A DNA stretch of 64,000 nt. Origin: Porphyridium purpureum. Lineage: Eukaryota. The notes below the pieces were generated by a model. That model had not been told where the DNA came from. It did no database searches and worked only from the letters and a program-made list of their open reading frames with translations. Location of the stretch: contig VRMN01000004.1 of the NCBI GenBank assembly GCA_008690995.1, positions 558,001 through 622,000 on the forward strand, in the 5' to 3' direction. Positions 1 to 12,900 of the stretch are shown piece after piece. Made by a program: the position numbers and the translations under genes. Numbering within the stretch: position 1 is the first letter of the stretch; each line of letters opens with the position of its first letter.

Positions 1-1018
1 CGCGAAACACACGAGTCGATTCGTCCCCAAACAGAGCCGTATACTCGAACAAGAAATACGTATTGCCCAGAATGGTCTCGATCACAGCATACACGACCGC
101 GCAAAAGATGGCACTGAACATGTACCGGAGCAGGACAGAGACCTCGCGTGCGCGGATCACTTCAAGCTTTAAGAACGGATGAAAGTCGTGCTCAAACTCG
201 GTCACAAAATTCTGCGAGTCGCTACGAAACACTCCTGAAAACCACGAAGCGCGCCGGCTAAGCGAGCTCGTATTCTTTTTCAGATTGCTACCAGCGCCGT
301 CTAGATCACCGTCGACTTCTCTGGGAGAATGGAACGATCCAAATTCCAACAGCTGCCCGGACACATCCTCGCCGTAAGTGCTGCTTGAAACAGCGTCAGT
401 CGCGTGCTCGGGCGGTCCTTCTGGCGCATTTCTTTTAAGCAATGATTTCGAAGGCTCTGCTCGAACACGAGCGCGGTCTTCCACGCGTACAGGGCTCTTT
501 ACAGTTTCGAGCCGCTGCGTATGCGACGCAAAATGCACAGCTGCCGTCGGGTTAGACACAGACGACAGATCTCCGCTAGCACAAAGAGTCGTCCTAGTTT
601 GCTCTGCCTGACTACTAACAGCCGTTGTCCCAGAGCGCACCGCTCCGCCACTGCCATGTTTGAATAAAGGAAACCTGCGCTCAACACCAGGAAGGTCATC
701 ATCGTTCTCGTCAGTGCCCGTCGAGGTCGCCGCGGCCAATACGGCGTTGCGCAATCCCACAAACTCCATTTCTGTCGATGCGTGCGATGCTAATGAGAAC
801 ACGCCACCGGCCTGGGTGACCGAGGAGGACGCGGCAGCTGCAGACCCCCATTCATCTGCCGGCGCGTCGCCGGCTGAGCGCGGCGCCGCCTTGAAGGTGC
901 GTATCCGGCCCAGCGTCGCGGCCATCGGTATGAAATCCAGCGTTGTGCCGCCACTCCTGCTTCGCGCAGTGCCTGTGTCTTGCGAGTGCTCCAGCGCATT
1001 GCTCTCACCGCTCTCCAT
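1..1018 (-). CDS. Partial gene (runs off left edge): long low-complexity N-terminus then a hydrophobic TM segment; membrane protein of unknown function
   Basis: My minus-strand translation from ATG 1018 is open to base 1 (MESGESNALEH...HPFLKLEVIRAREVSVLLRYMFSAIFCAVVYAVIETILGNTYFLFEY...). It is missing from the ORF track because it has no stop in the window. Confidence 0.7.
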   Translation of the reverse strand, partial: MESGESNALEHSQDTGTARSRSGGTTLDFIPMAATLGRIRTFKAAPRSAGDAPADEWGSAAAASSSVTQAGGVFSLASHASTEMEFVGLRNAVLAAATSTGTDENDDDLPGVERRFPLFKHGSGGAVRSGTTAVSSQAEQTRTTLCASGDLSSVSNPTAAVHFASHTQRLETVKSPVRVEDRARVRAEPSKSLLKRNAPEGPPEHATDAVSSSTYGEDVSGQLLEFGSFHSPREVDGDLDGAGSNLKKNTSSLSRRASWFSGVFRSDSQNFVTEFEHDFHPFLKLEVIRAREVSVLLRYMFSAIFCAVVYAVIETILGNTYFLFEYTALFGDESTRVFR

Positions 1019-3365
1019 GCCGGCGCATCCCAGCCGCGGCCCAACGCTCTGCTCCTCCTGCTCGTTGCTGAGTGCCGCGCAAACGAATTGAGACGGTCAA
1101 GATCCCGAGCAACGTGTACACTTAACAAGTGTACCTCCCGGACGCCCGGGAAAAGTGCGACTTGAACAGGCAGCAAGAGTTTCCTGTTTGCATTTTCCTC
1201 ACCCGGTGATCTCTTTCCATGGCCGAAGGGTCGCATTCAGGGGATTCGGAAGCGTAGCAAGACGCGAGAAACGGATAGGGACACGCCACTTGTCTGGCCA
1301 GGATTCAGGCATAGAGGCTCGAAGCCGATGCCGGGCTCCTTGCATGCTAGCGGCTCAAAAGAACGCGCAATATAACGTGCGTTTCGACGTTGACGCAGGC
1401 ACATTTTGAATTGCACCCTGCGCCAAAGTGTCTCGAGCCAGTCGGATGGCACTTCTGAGGCCATGCATAGTCTCAGACTACCGCGTGGCGTCGTACACTT
1501 TGCGCACCATCATCCTCTACGAGTCCTTGATGAGGTTAAAGTCTGGCCAAGACGTTGCTCAGTCTCCGAGCTCCGCATTTTCTTCTGACACAAACTACTT
1601 CAGCAAGCGAATGGTACGCACTAGTAATTTATCATGTGAATAAGTCGGGCTTACGCTTATCATTGTAGGGCGTGGGCCCAGCACAACGTCACCACGAAGC
1701 ACAGAAATGTATTCTGCGGCCGCCAAAATGCCCTGAATAAAAGAAGGTAAACCTTTCCATCCGCAGGCATTGCGCCAAAACCATGCATCCGCCGCCGCTG
1801 GCATGTAGTGCCTGAACATCCGGCATGTTCCCAGCACGCTCAAGCCAATTCCTGTGAAAATCACCCGGCCCGTTCCTATTTGGCTTCCTTTCATCACTGA
1901 GCAGAATTGTGACGAGCGAAGTCCAAAGCTGTCCGTTGCCGGTTGTTGAATGGAAAAAAAAATAAGAGTAGGCCTGTCTCCCTCTTCTGGAGTTCGTGTG
2001 ACCTTCCAGAGTAGACACTACGCGCGCCAGATCAGCTTTCGTAGCGTCCACGGAAGCGTCGGCGTTAGCACTCTTTCGATAGTGATGTCGGCTATTACAT
2101 TGGTCGACGGTGCAAGGTCTCACTCTGCAGCATCCGTCTTTGACATTATGCTGTTCGCGCCGCCTGGAGGAGCAAGTTAAAGTACCGAGCGTCATGGGGC
2201 ACAAAAGCTATTGGATATTCTCTAGAAAGTTGCGGAAGTAAGGAAGTCTGTTTCGACGCAGGAGCACCCGGCAGAGCAGACTGAGTATAAGCTTGAAGCT
2301 GATGTGCGTTGCGTTCGCTGGGAAGAGCGGACACTACGCGAAGCTGGGGTAGGCCAGGCATTCGAAGACGCAAGTATTTTCGTATCGTGGCTGCTGTCCC
2401 CGTTTTCGATGTTTTCCGTTTTCTGCTCACACTAGAACTCGGTCATTGAGGAGTAATTGGCGATCTTCGGACACAGCTTTCCAAAGCAGAAGCGGGCGTG
2501 ATTGGCCTTCCGCTCTAATTCAAGCGCCGCTACCAAGAGAAGAGAGAAGGGACAGGAGACGTTGAATCGAGGGCGTCGTTCCGAAAAAAAAATTTGTTCT
2601 TCAGGGGCACTGAACTTTGAGATCCGCATCGCGTCGCAGCTAAGCTGTCAAAAAGATGAGCTGCTGTCAAGCTCCCAGACCTGGTTGCATCCGAGGCTAC
2701 ATCACTTGCCGTCACGACATACAAGGACGGCCTTGTGCGCAGCCTGTGAGGCGGACTCTGTTTTCCGGGAGCGAGCGCAGGTGCCGCGAAAGAACTGGGA
2801 GACTTGTTCTTCGGAACACGTTCAGTCTAAAACCTTTGTCGTGCGAAACAACGGCAATGAGCACAAAAGGCCAACTTTTGCAGATCAACCACACATTTGT
2901 GGTGGCTTATTGACTACGTATCGTGTAGGGGCTTTTCCCTCGGTCTCTCCGCGCCGCCAAATTCTGCGATACGCGGTTTTGTAGCGCGTAAGAGCCAAGG
3001 TAAAGGATTGGATTTGCATGTTCTTGAGTTTGTTCGTGCTTTCGCGTGCTTGTGAGCTTGCTCGGGACGTACGCAATCAGCTTAAAGCCCAGTCTTTGAC
3101 CACGACGAGTATCCCGGCAGTCACCATCCCACAAATATACCTGGGCAACGTTGTCACGCAGCCCAGCTTTAAATTTTGACGGAACCGGTTTACTGGTTTA
3201 TTGGCTTACTGGATAACTGACTGCTCGAAGTGACCCAAGTCACGGTGCAGGAGTCGCTGCTCATTCTAGACGAAGGGCCGCGAGGGTAGCGTTTGCGCGC
3301 GCATGCTGGACGATGCGGATCGCTCACGCGGACTTGCTGTGTGTGATTGATTTCCTCTGCGCATC

Positions 3366-5399
3366 ATGAAAGACGAAGAGTCGCACAGCAGTGGCTCGGA
3401 AGATGAGACACGGGCGCGAGAGCACGAGCGCTTGGCAGCTCTCCCTCCCCTTCTTGCGTCTCCAGGTACGGCAGGCACGGGTTTGCGCACCGGGTCGAGG
3501 TCCAACGCTGACGATGAAGTTAAACACCAGAAGCTGAGCAGACTCTGGTACCTATCGATTCGCCTTGCGACGCCGTACTGGCGCAACTCGACGCGTGGCA
3601 AGTATCTGTTGCTTTTGGTGGTGCTTCTGAACCTAGCAAAGTCAGGCTTCATCGTTGCATTTTCGTATGCGGGGCGCGACTTCTGGACGGCGATAAGCAA
3701 CCGCCAGGAGACTCTCTTCTACGCGAAGGCGCTGCAAATTTTTGTTCTCATCTGTGTTGCGGTTCCTTTTTTTGTGCTGTATATCTACGCCCGAGACGTG
3801 CTGGTAATGGAGTGGCGGCGCTACATTACATCACAGTTACTACAAGAGTACTTTCACGCACAAGCATTCTACCAAATGGAGAGCACCGCAGGGCCTAGCA
3901 AAGTTGATAACCCAGATCAACGCATTTGCGATGATGTGCGCTCGTTCGTGGAGATTGCGTCCGACCTCTTTTTCACGCTCATGTCGAGTGTGGTGGACTT
4001 TTGCAGCTTTTCGTGGGTGCTAACCAGCATAGCTCCCAAGCTGTATGCAGGTCTCATTGCGTACGCGTTCGCCGGTACCGTGATCTCGTGGTTTGTGGGA
4101 CGAAAGCTGATCCACCTCAATTTTGTGCAGCTGCAGCGCGAGGCAGACTTTCGATATGGATTGGTTCGCGTGCGCGAAAATGCGGAGAGCATTGCCTTTT
4201 ATGGCGGTAACGTGCGGGAAAAGATGGCTCTTGATCAGCGCTTTGCCTCGGCTCTCGAGAATTTCCTCGATGTGCTTCGCTGGACGAGAAATCTTAATTT
4301 CTGGATTTTCTTTTACTCGAACAATATCCAAATTGTGCCGGTGCTCCTCGTTGCGCCAATCTACTTTGCGGGTACCATCGAGCTTGGTTCTCTCAACCAG
4401 GCGCTCGGTGCGTTTAACCACGTGCTCGACTCGCTGAGCCTAATCATCAACAACTTTAAGCGTCTTAGCGCCTTCTCGGCGTCAGTTGATCGGCTGGGCG
4501 ACATGGTCGAATTTTTGGAGAACCCGGCGCGCACTGTAGGTGCAGTAGGTGCGGACCGAGTGGGCCCGCGGGTCTTTTTGAAGGACCAGGATATTGCGGC
4601 TTTGAAAATGGGTAGTGACGACGTTGCTGAGCCAGAACACATTGTGCGCGAGGAAAGTGCACTAGCTGCAGCGCCGCTTAGGATTGACTCTCTGACGCTC
4701 AAAACGCCCGACGACAGCGCGCGTTTCTTGGTGCACCAATTGAGCCTCGAGCTTGCATTGAACCAGAAAATGATGATCGTGGGACCGTCTGGCAGCGGAA
4801 AATCGTCCTTGCTGCGTGCATTAGCCGGACTCTGGAACGCGGGTTCTGGTCGCGTGTTTATTCTGCCGCGAGCTAGTGTCATGTTCCTGCCGCAAAAGCC
4901 ATTTTGCACCCTCGGCACTCTGCGAGACCAGATGATCTATCCGCGCCACGTGGACGAGCTCACCATTGAAGAGCAATTTTCCCTGGCCGGCGACGCGGCT
5001 TTGGCAAACACGCTCGAGCAAGTGGGCCTGGCGGGCCTCGCTGAAAAGTTAGGGGGTTTTGAGGCTTCACGCGACTGGTCTGACGTGCTCTCGACCGGTG
5101 AACAGCAACGCTTGGCATTTGCGCGGCTGCTAATGCGTGCACAATCGGGCCTCACCTCATTCGCCATTCTGGACGAGGCCACTTCGGCGCTGGATAGCGC
5201 TTCGGAGGAGCTTGTGTACTCCCTTCTCCAGCGCCAGCCGAATCTGTTTTACATTAGCGTTGGGCACCGCGTTTCGCTCGCGCAATACCACAACGTCCTC
5301 CTTCGGCTGCTTAATGACGGTGCTGGCTCCTGGGAATTCGAATCCATCACTGAGGAAAAGAAGGCACAGGCCGCTGCGGTTTCGCGTTTCCAGCTTTAA
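3366..5399 (+). CDS. ABC transporter subfamily D half-transporter (ABCD/YddA-like, TMD+NBD)
   Basis: 677 aa. DNPDQRI motif, EADFRYGLVRVRENAESIAFYGG (EAA-type loop), Walker A GPSGSGKSS, signature LSTGEQQR, Walker B ILDEATSALD, H-loop ISVGHR. Confidence 0.93.
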   Translation: MKDEESHSSGSEDETRAREHERLAALPPLLASPGTAGTGLRTGSRSNADDEVKHQKLSRLWYLSIRLATPYWRNSTRGKYLLLLVVLLNLAKSGFIVAFSYAGRDFWTAISNRQETLFYAKALQIFVLICVAVPFFVLYIYARDVLVMEWRRYITSQLLQEYFHAQAFYQMESTAGPSKVDNPDQRICDDVRSFVEIASDLFFTLMSSVVDFCSFSWVLTSIAPKLYAGLIAYAFAGTVISWFVGRKLIHLNFVQLQREADFRYGLVRVRENAESIAFYGGNVREKMALDQRFASALENFLDVLRWTRNLNFWIFFYSNNIQIVPVLLVAPIYFAGTIELGSLNQALGAFNHVLDSLSLIINNFKRLSAFSASVDRLGDMVEFLENPARTVGAVGADRVGPRVFLKDQDIAALKMGSDDVAEPEHIVREESALAAAPLRIDSLTLKTPDDSARFLVHQLSLELALNQKMMIVGPSGSGKSSLLRALAGLWNAGSGRVFILPRASVMFLPQKPFCTLGTLRDQMIYPRHVDELTIEEQFSLAGDAALANTLEQVGLAGLAEKLGGFEASRDWSDVLSTGEQQRLAFARLLMRAQSGLTSFAILDEATSALDSASEELVYSLLQRQPNLFYISVGHRVSLAQYHNVLLRLLNDGAGSWEFESITEEKKAQAAAVSRFQL

Positions 5400-5563
5400 T
5401 TGAAACTCGAATACGCATCCAACAAGACAGTGTCGGCCCCCTAGGCGGTCGCATTGAGTAAAAACTTGCCAAAGTCAAGTCATTAGAGCGAGAAAAGTCT
5501 TCAAACGTATCCTCCTTCTTCGTTCCACGGCATCTTGTTCGTATCTCGGAACGAAACCGAGCA

Positions 5564-6913
5564 TCAGCTCGGGATAATCTGGTTGGGTGCTTCCGGAAGC
5601 AATGGGATGGATGACCGTGACGCTACCGTGGCGTCTTTGCGCGGGCGCCCTCGCTTTGCAGGAAGTTTGGGAACAGACTCCGTCACTCTTTCTGGTCGCA
5701 GCATTAAAGTATGAGCGCCTTGTTCGGCCTCTACAGCAACTGTGTCTGCACTTGGATCATTCGTAGTTTTTTTGGGACGACCTCGTTTTCGATGGACGGG
5801 CGGACTTTCCACGGTCAAAGCCGATTCTGGCTCTCTCACTTTTCTCGGACGACCAGGGCCGCGTTTTTGGGGCACGAGCGATGGCGATCCCGCCAATAAT
5901 GGAGGTGGGCTTGCGGCTACCGAGGTTTCCATCATCTTTGGACGCAACGTACTCATTCCGGAACCGTCAATGTTTCCTGAACCTGAATGCAGCGCGTGAA
6001 CAGAAGGTGCTGAATTCGGCCGCCCCCTCTTCTTTTTCTCTGTCGTCGAAGGATGCCCTAGCACTGAAACTGAATCATATTTTTCACCACTCACAGCGTC
6101 GCCAGGGTCCGGCTTCCTTGTTCCGGGGATGGTCTCGGCGATCATCAGATTATCCTTTTGTCTGTTAGCCAAACCCAGAGCCTCGCCCGGTCGCGTAGGC
6201 GCCAATGGGATTGTCGAGCGTGGAGGTCCCTCACTCGCACGATATGAATACTGAGTAAATCGATTCCGTGCAGTCCGTGGACCTGGAGGCTCGTTGGCTT
6301 TCACGTCACTTGGTGATTTCACAGAGCCAGATGCGCGCAGCAGTGAAGTAGTTAGAACTGAAGTCGCGTCAACCTGCGGAGCCGATGTACTCACTTTCGC
6401 ATGAGTCCCTTTCTTGATTATCCATGGCTCTTGGCTGTCAAGCGGCAGCATGCGCGTAGCATCTTCTGCTTCGGCTCCTTGTTTGAATGCTGCATCTTCA
6501 AGGTGATACGCGGCGATGCCTGGTACATGATCCATATCCGCAGCAGCGAGGTGTGGCGGAACTACCGTCTCATTCTGAGCATAGGCTAGAGTCGTGAGGG
6601 GCGAGTCAGGTACAACTCTCGGCTTGGACTTGCTCCCTGGCGGCCTTCCGCGGGGCCGCTTGCTAATGATGCCCACTCCCGCGCCCGAAATGACGGCGGC
6701 CTGTGCTAGATGCGCGTCCACCGCGACGGGCGCCGTGGCTCCCGCGTTGGTCTTCTGCGTGCTCCCGCGTGGCCTTCCTGGCCCGGGCTTGACGCCCTGC
6801 TCGGGCGCTGACCTTGCCACCATGTGCGTATGTGGTGGGGCCGCCCGTTCAGACGCGCTATCCCCGCACACGCTCCCACCGCCTCTCACCGCCGATCCCG
6901 TCTGTTCTCCCAC
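5564..6913 (-). CDS. Multi-AT-hook DNA-binding protein (HMGA-like, disordered)
   Basis: 449 aa low-complexity ORF with about six GRP motifs: PGRPRG, KRPRGRPP, KKKRGRP, KRGPGRPRK, RKRGRPKK, KRGRPRK. Confidence 0.8.
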   Translation of the reverse strand: MGEQTGSAVRGGGSVCGDSASERAAPPHTHMVARSAPEQGVKPGPGRPRGSTQKTNAGATAPVAVDAHLAQAAVISGAGVGIISKRPRGRPPGSKSKPRVVPDSPLTTLAYAQNETVVPPHLAAADMDHVPGIAAYHLEDAAFKQGAEAEDATRMLPLDSQEPWIIKKGTHAKVSTSAPQVDATSVLTTSLLRASGSVKSPSDVKANEPPGPRTARNRFTQYSYRASEGPPRSTIPLAPTRPGEALGLANRQKDNLMIAETIPGTRKPDPGDAVSGEKYDSVSVLGHPSTTEKKKRGRPNSAPSVHALHSGSGNIDGSGMSTLRPKMMETSVAASPPPLLAGSPSLVPQKRGPGRPRKVREPESALTVESPPVHRKRGRPKKTTNDPSADTVAVEAEQGAHTLMLRPERVTESVPKLPAKRGRPRKDATVASRSSIPLLPEAPNQIIPS

Positions 6914-8374
6914 TTCACATCACCCCGTTCACTCGCCCTTTCGAACAAGCCCAAAAGTCTTTCGACTGCTAATCACACATGCCAGGAGGGCGCGCCAAAT
7001 TTGGACGCTGAACCTGCTGAGATTTGTGTCGTCCCAGTTGTTATCGAGTGAACACGGTGCAAGAGGGTACCCCGTGCCGCAGGCGTGCTTGAGGGCATGA
7101 AGACCTGGAGGCTCCAGTCGTGTCGCCCTCATCGTCCGGGTCTGCGAGTCACTGGTCAGGAGCAAGGTTTCGATCGTTTTTTGGGTGCCGAAGCCTGAGC
7201 CACCAACTGTGCCGATTGAGATTCATGTTCCCTTTTGCTTTCACGAATACTTTTTTATGCAAATATACTTGTGCGTGCGTTGTGTAAGGGTATATTTAGA
7301 GACGCCGCGCCTCTGCTCGAATGTCTCATGACATGGCGGCTCTTCATCACTCAAAACCTTTCACTGCGTGGCGGACAAACATCAACACATCTGTTGAGCT
7401 TTCTGTGCGGAGTTGCAGATAGGCAAGGGTCGACAATGGTGTTTTGATTGGCGTCTGCCATCATGCATTGAAATGTTGAATGTCAGCGGCTTTCTGGTGC
7501 TCCGGCAGCTACGGCGATGATGTCGACTGCGTTCTTCGGTAGAATAGTACTTTAGGTTTTTTTCTTCCTTCTTTCCTGCCTCTTCTGTCCTCGAAAAAGG
7601 CCTGACTGGCTAGTCCGGGCAGAGGCGTCGTCCCGCTTTGTCCCCGTCTCGCGTTGGGAAAAAAAAAGGGCGTCAAAAGAAATAAAACGGAAAATCACTG
7701 TCACTTTTCCGCGTCTAGAAGTTCAGAGAAGCCGAAAAGAATTTTAAATACTCTGGGAAACTCATCAAAGCTTCCAGACGTGGCTCAGTGGATTGACAAA
7801 AACTGGACCTTTCTAGATGAATGAGGTTGAACGGATCACACCGTCTCCTGATTGGCTCAACATTTCGGCGCGACTTCAAGGGAACTGGCTGAGTGGCTCG
7901 ATGAACGTGATCGCCGAGAAAAATCCGTTGCCTGGGAAATCGAACACAAAGTACGAACCGCTCAGAGACAGATTCTCAAATTCGTTGGAACAGGCCCTGT
8001 TCTAGGTTTTGACGCCGAGAATGCGTAAGATACCTCTTCATCATTGCTTCCTCGAAGTACTCTGAGCATTCATGGTATGGCTTCAGATGCTGAGTCGACA
8101 AAACATAATTTGAATCCACACCTTATTCTACTGCAATTCGATCAGCATCCAGGCTTTTTGACGGAGTGATCGGGGCGGAGACACGTTGATGGCTTTAGGC
8201 CGCCTTTCTCCGGCCGCAGATACGGTACTATGTCCAATTTTCGATCACCAACGTGACACGCTTGGTCATCCTTTAATCGATAGCCAAAATTTTGCATCAT
8301 TCTTTTCGCTTCGATCAAAGTGAGGCAAACTTTTTAATTGACTCTGAATAGACTGAAGCAGTCCGCGGCCAAAT

Positions 8375-8631
8375 TGTCGAGGCCCCGGGAAGTTCTTGGA
8401 CCTCTAATCTTTTATTTCTCCTTTTTCTCAAAAACTTCTTCAGCGTTGTCTCTGTCTATTTTTTGCCCATTGGGATACTTAGGCGCTCTTTTATACCCAC
8501 GCGTCGTCTGCCAGGCAGCACCGGCAGTCCTCGAGCTCGACTACCCGGCGGCTCACCGAGAGCGGCCCACTCCGCGGCGGGTTGCTCTGCCTCACCGCGG
8601 CCCACCTGTCTGCAACTCTGACAGTGTTACA
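8375..8631 (-). mobile_element. Possible degenerate LTR (unpaired)
   Basis: The minus strand reads TGTAACA...GGGTATAAAAGAGCGCC...GA-rich tract...TCGACA, the same TG/TATA/GA-rich/CA layout as the ~300-bp LTRs in this window. No TSD or partner LTR was found. Confidence 0.3.
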
Positions 8632-8899
8632 GGTCCGTCTTGTCGCCCTCGGTTCACCACCACCCTCTCGATTTCTCATTCCGCTGCTCTTTTCTCAATA
8701 ACCCGATTCAGGCGCTGCTACAAAATCTCGTGCCTGTCCGCCTCGCAAAAGCCTCCGCTGCGCACGAAGTGGACACGAAACATTTTTTCGATATTTCTTT
8801 TGAAATGCTGCAAATTCATCTGCACTGCTTGGCGTGGACTTGTACGCAAAGTCATACAGACGCAAGTCTTGTATGCAGCGTTTTCTCTTTGCATGAGCT

Positions 8900-9370
8900 G
8901 AAGCGTTTCCCGAATTGAAGGTCGGGACACGAGTTAGGCATGTACTGACTATTGCTGGAGAAACGGATACTTGCTCTACAACCTTCCTTGTTTGCGTACG
9001 AACAAAGCAAGGCCTGGAGCAAGGCGCAAACGTTCACGCCACAGAGAGCCATCGGGTAATGAACAATGAGGTTGAATCATGTCACCTAGGCGTGTTAAAG
9101 GGAAAGCGTTCTTCTTTTCCAGGTTGCACGAACAATGAATTGTTGGAGAAGATTCTGATAGACTGTACAGCTCTGTTTCAGGAGCCAAAGGGAAGTATTG
9201 AGGAGTGAGCAGGGCGGTATGTCACTGAGCACAACATTGAGAAGTCTGAGAAAGTCGACATGGTATACTTCTTGAACCCTGCAGAGCCCAAGGTCGTATG
9301 AGAGACCTCTGATGGTGTATTACAGAACGGACTCATTCAACCGAGCCGATTTCCGTTCGGCGCTCCTTAG
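8900..9370 (+). pseudogene. Decayed Ty3/gypsy pol fragment (PR-RT linker and RT start), related to elements A/D
   Basis: EVESCHLGVLKG..LFQEPKG and VYFLNPAEPKVV*ETSDGVLQNGLIQPSRFPFGAP* align by eye with D pol EVEECYLGVLKG..LFEEPRG and VYRLSPAELKVLRETLDDLLDKGFVQPSQSPFGAP. It carries in-frame stops. Confidence 0.8.
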
Positions 9371-9988
9371 CTGATTGTCTAGGAGAAGTGAGAGGTCGCT
9401 CTGCACCAAACACGCAGGGGTTTGTTAATGGTAGCAGCTCACATACTTTCGAACTTTGGTCTTTCTTTCTTTTTTGGTGCAGATACTACCCCATAATGAT
9501 GACCAAGCCAGAGGCCTACGAGAACACCGAGAGTAACCTGCACAAAAACAACATTCGGCTGCGTGGATTGCACGTATTTGAGTGGCTGCTGCGGCAGGAA
9601 GCCGTGTTGACTCTGACTCTCTTTGGCTAAGCAATGGCGAGAGGCGGGGCGTTTCCGAACCTGGTCAGCTTCTCCGCGACCTCTCCGTTCCACGTGGGCT
9701 CGACCGCGTTGATCGTCGCGCGGATGCTGATGTGTCAAAGACCACAACCCACACGCCGCGTGCCGAACGGGCGGTCCACAGTACACCCACTGAACCCGAC
9801 GCTCGCTCACCCCGCGCATGATCTTCAAACGCGCATTCGCAGCGCAAGTGTTTGTCGCGCAGACAAACGAGAAGTGTGACAAGCTGGGGGCGTTGGAGAA
9901 AGGCGACTGGGCGCTGAGAGGGCGACGTGGGACGCGTCGGTGTGCGTGCGTCGGGAAAGCGTGCGCTGTGTCACATGGTACATAGTGC

Positions 9989-12900
9989 ATGATGGTGCCA
10001 GGAATTTCGGATGGCGAGATGGATGTCGCGGCGGCGGGAGAGGACCCGTCCGCCGCGCGCCTCATGGCTAACGCCGGCTTTGCCGCCGACAACGGCGAGG
10101 ACGACGCCGAAGGACTTGGCGAGGAAATCGCGTACTCCGTGCAGGGTATGGCAGATATTCTCGAGTTTGGCACAGACTTGGAGCGCGAGTTTGTGTTGCG
10201 CGAGGTGCACCGTTTGATTGACTACTGCCACGAGCCCGTGGTCGAGTACGTGCTGCCTGTGATCTTTGACTTTGCAGACTCATGGAATGTCAACTTGCAG
10301 TTCGAGGCTGGCTTTGTCATGGCGAACTTGAGCAAGAAAAAGCTAGACGTTAATCCGGCCTGGATGGTCATCTGCCTCGCGCTGAAAGAGCTTCAGGTCG
10401 TCGAGACGCGCGTGAATCCGGACGACGTGGCTGACTTTTGTGATCTATGGACCGACTCCCTGTGTGCCGCCCTCAGCCAATTCCATGCTTGGGAGGAGAA
10501 CGCACAGCTCAATAACTCTTTCACGGCCACGACGCAACTGACGCCCGAGTTGCAGACGCTCCTCGAGTGGCTGTCTGCACTGGCCGAATCGGAAATCTTG
10601 GACTATCGGAGGTGCTCGGCAAAGCTTCTAGGCGGCATTGCTGCTGAAGCGCCCGCGGGATTCCGGCAGCGCACACTTCTCGGCGTGCTTACCAAGCTAT
10701 TGAGCGATCCTCAACCTCGGGTGGTGTGCGCAGCACTCGAAGCTATTCCGGTCGTCACAAGGCACATGTCACCCACCACATTTGAGGACTTCATTTGGTC
10801 ACCGCTGAATGTGGCGCTCAACTCGTCGGACCTGTTGGTGGCTGGCTCGGCGCTCAAGGCTTTATCAGACATGTGCTCAATGCATCGCGAGGCAGCCATG
10901 TCCCAGGAGGAATGGCGCGCCAATTTAAGCGTCAATTCGCCCTCATCTTTCAGTGCATCGGTAGGTCATGGCTCACACAAGGGATCTGGCCGGCTTCGTT
11001 TGTCTGGCGGTCTTAGTCCATCAGTCGTCACTCCGTCGCAATCGCTCGACTTGTCCAACGTCAGCAACGGCAGTGCTATGTCCACCAGTGGCGCAAAAAT
11101 GTACCAGCCGAACGAGCGTCTCACCAAAATATACGTGCCCGGTGCGTTCCAAAAGCACTACATTTGGGCGCGCTCCAAAACGCTGACGGATCTGCGTGAG
11201 GCGGACGACAGTACGTATGCATTACTTCAAATTGTCGCCGAAGTGTTTGGCGAGCTGATGTACTGCGTGACAGATGTGGCATCCACTTCGTACCGGCGAC
11301 ACGCGTTTAAGGCATACGCCGACCTCAGCACGTGCAACGGCGCAGATGTCCGCCGTTATTGTGCTTACAACTTCCCAGGCATGTGCATCTGTTTTGGCGT
11401 CAAGTATAGCTCCGAGTTAAGCCAATTGGCTGAGCTATTTGCCAAAGACAAGGACGTGGCTGTACGCACCACCTTTGCAGCGGGCTTCCACGAGTCTGTT
11501 CAGGTTCTTGGCGCATTGGGTAAGGCCGAAAAGCTACAGCCCACGCTGATGTTGCTACTCGATGACGTAGACGAGAATGTGCAAAAGGAAATCATTGTAC
11601 ATCTTGCGGAGGTCTTGCCCGTAATTTGGTCGCTTGTCAGCAGCGCACAGGCTGCAAAGCACAATGCGGCTCTGGCTGAAGGACTTGCGTCGTGCGCGGA
11701 GACATCACAATGGCGCACACAAATTCTGCTCATTTCGCAGCTCGAACTGGCGTCCCGCTCTGCGCCGCAAGCTCTAATACAGGAAAGCATCATCCCGCTT
11801 CTGCGGCAGAAGATGAAGTCGTCGTCCATCCACGAAGTACGCCTCACGGCGGCCGCCGCGCTTGTCAAGGTGATTCATTTCGTCGCGGACGCGCAGCAGC
11901 GTCGTCTTCTCATTGAAAAATACTGGACGCTTGAGCCGGGCGCCAAGTACACGCACCGAATGCTGTATGTGCATGCAGGCAGTGTCGCGCTGGATGTGTA
12001 CTCGTGTAAGTCGTATAAGGCTTTATTTGGCACGCGCATGCTCGTCTGCGTCTCGGATTCGCATTCGAGCGTGCGCCTTTTGCTCGCGCGCAGCATGGAG
12101 AAGATGGCATTCTGGTTTCACACAGATCCGATGTTTCAGAGTACCCTGCGAGAACTTCAAGCCGACGCCGATCCTGACGTACGCGACAAGGCACGTCGCA
12201 TTCACCTGCTTACGGTGTCACAGGCGCAGAGCTCGACGATATCGTCCAAGATGCACGCACTCGAGACTAAGAAATTGATGGAAGAGGATCGTTTGTGGGG
12301 CGGCAGCTCGTTGGGCGGTGTCGGATCGAGTGGCACTATCGGCAGCGGCTCCGTGAGTGGAGCCGACGGTGCCGCAATATCGCGAGTGAGCCGCTTCAAG
12401 GCGTGGGTGACTCGCAAGGGCAAGGCGACAGGTGGCAAGGAGAAGAATCAGCTGGAAAAGAGCGTTGAAACTCCGCCGCGCGACAGCTCGCCACGTATAG
12501 TGAAGCCCAAAAGCCGGCGCGGCTCGCGTGGCGGTTCGGCTCCGACGACGCCGCGCAGTAGTTTGGAGGGCGCCATCCGGACGAACTCAATGCAAGGGTT
12601 ATTTGACCGCAGTGACACGCAGAATAGCTCTCGCTCCAATAAGTCTGGAGATATGGACGATGATGATTTGGATGATGACTCGGTGCCTGTGGTGGAAATT
12701 CGCCCTCCTCAGTACTTTGCGCGACCCAGTAGTCCTAGCCCGCCGTCAGCGGCCACCAGCACCTCAAATTCTGTCATCAACTCGAGCAAGAGCAGCAGCA
12801 GTACAATCAACGCTACCGCGAAAAATGAAAGCAGCAGCGCTCCTGTGGTGAAAGTTGCCTCTGGTGGCGAACCACAAGAAGCGGCCGAGAAAAAGGATGC

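Noticed and set aside
1200..3300. Short ORFs between the first two genes
   Set aside because: No motifs, and overlapping frames on both strands; treated as intergenic.
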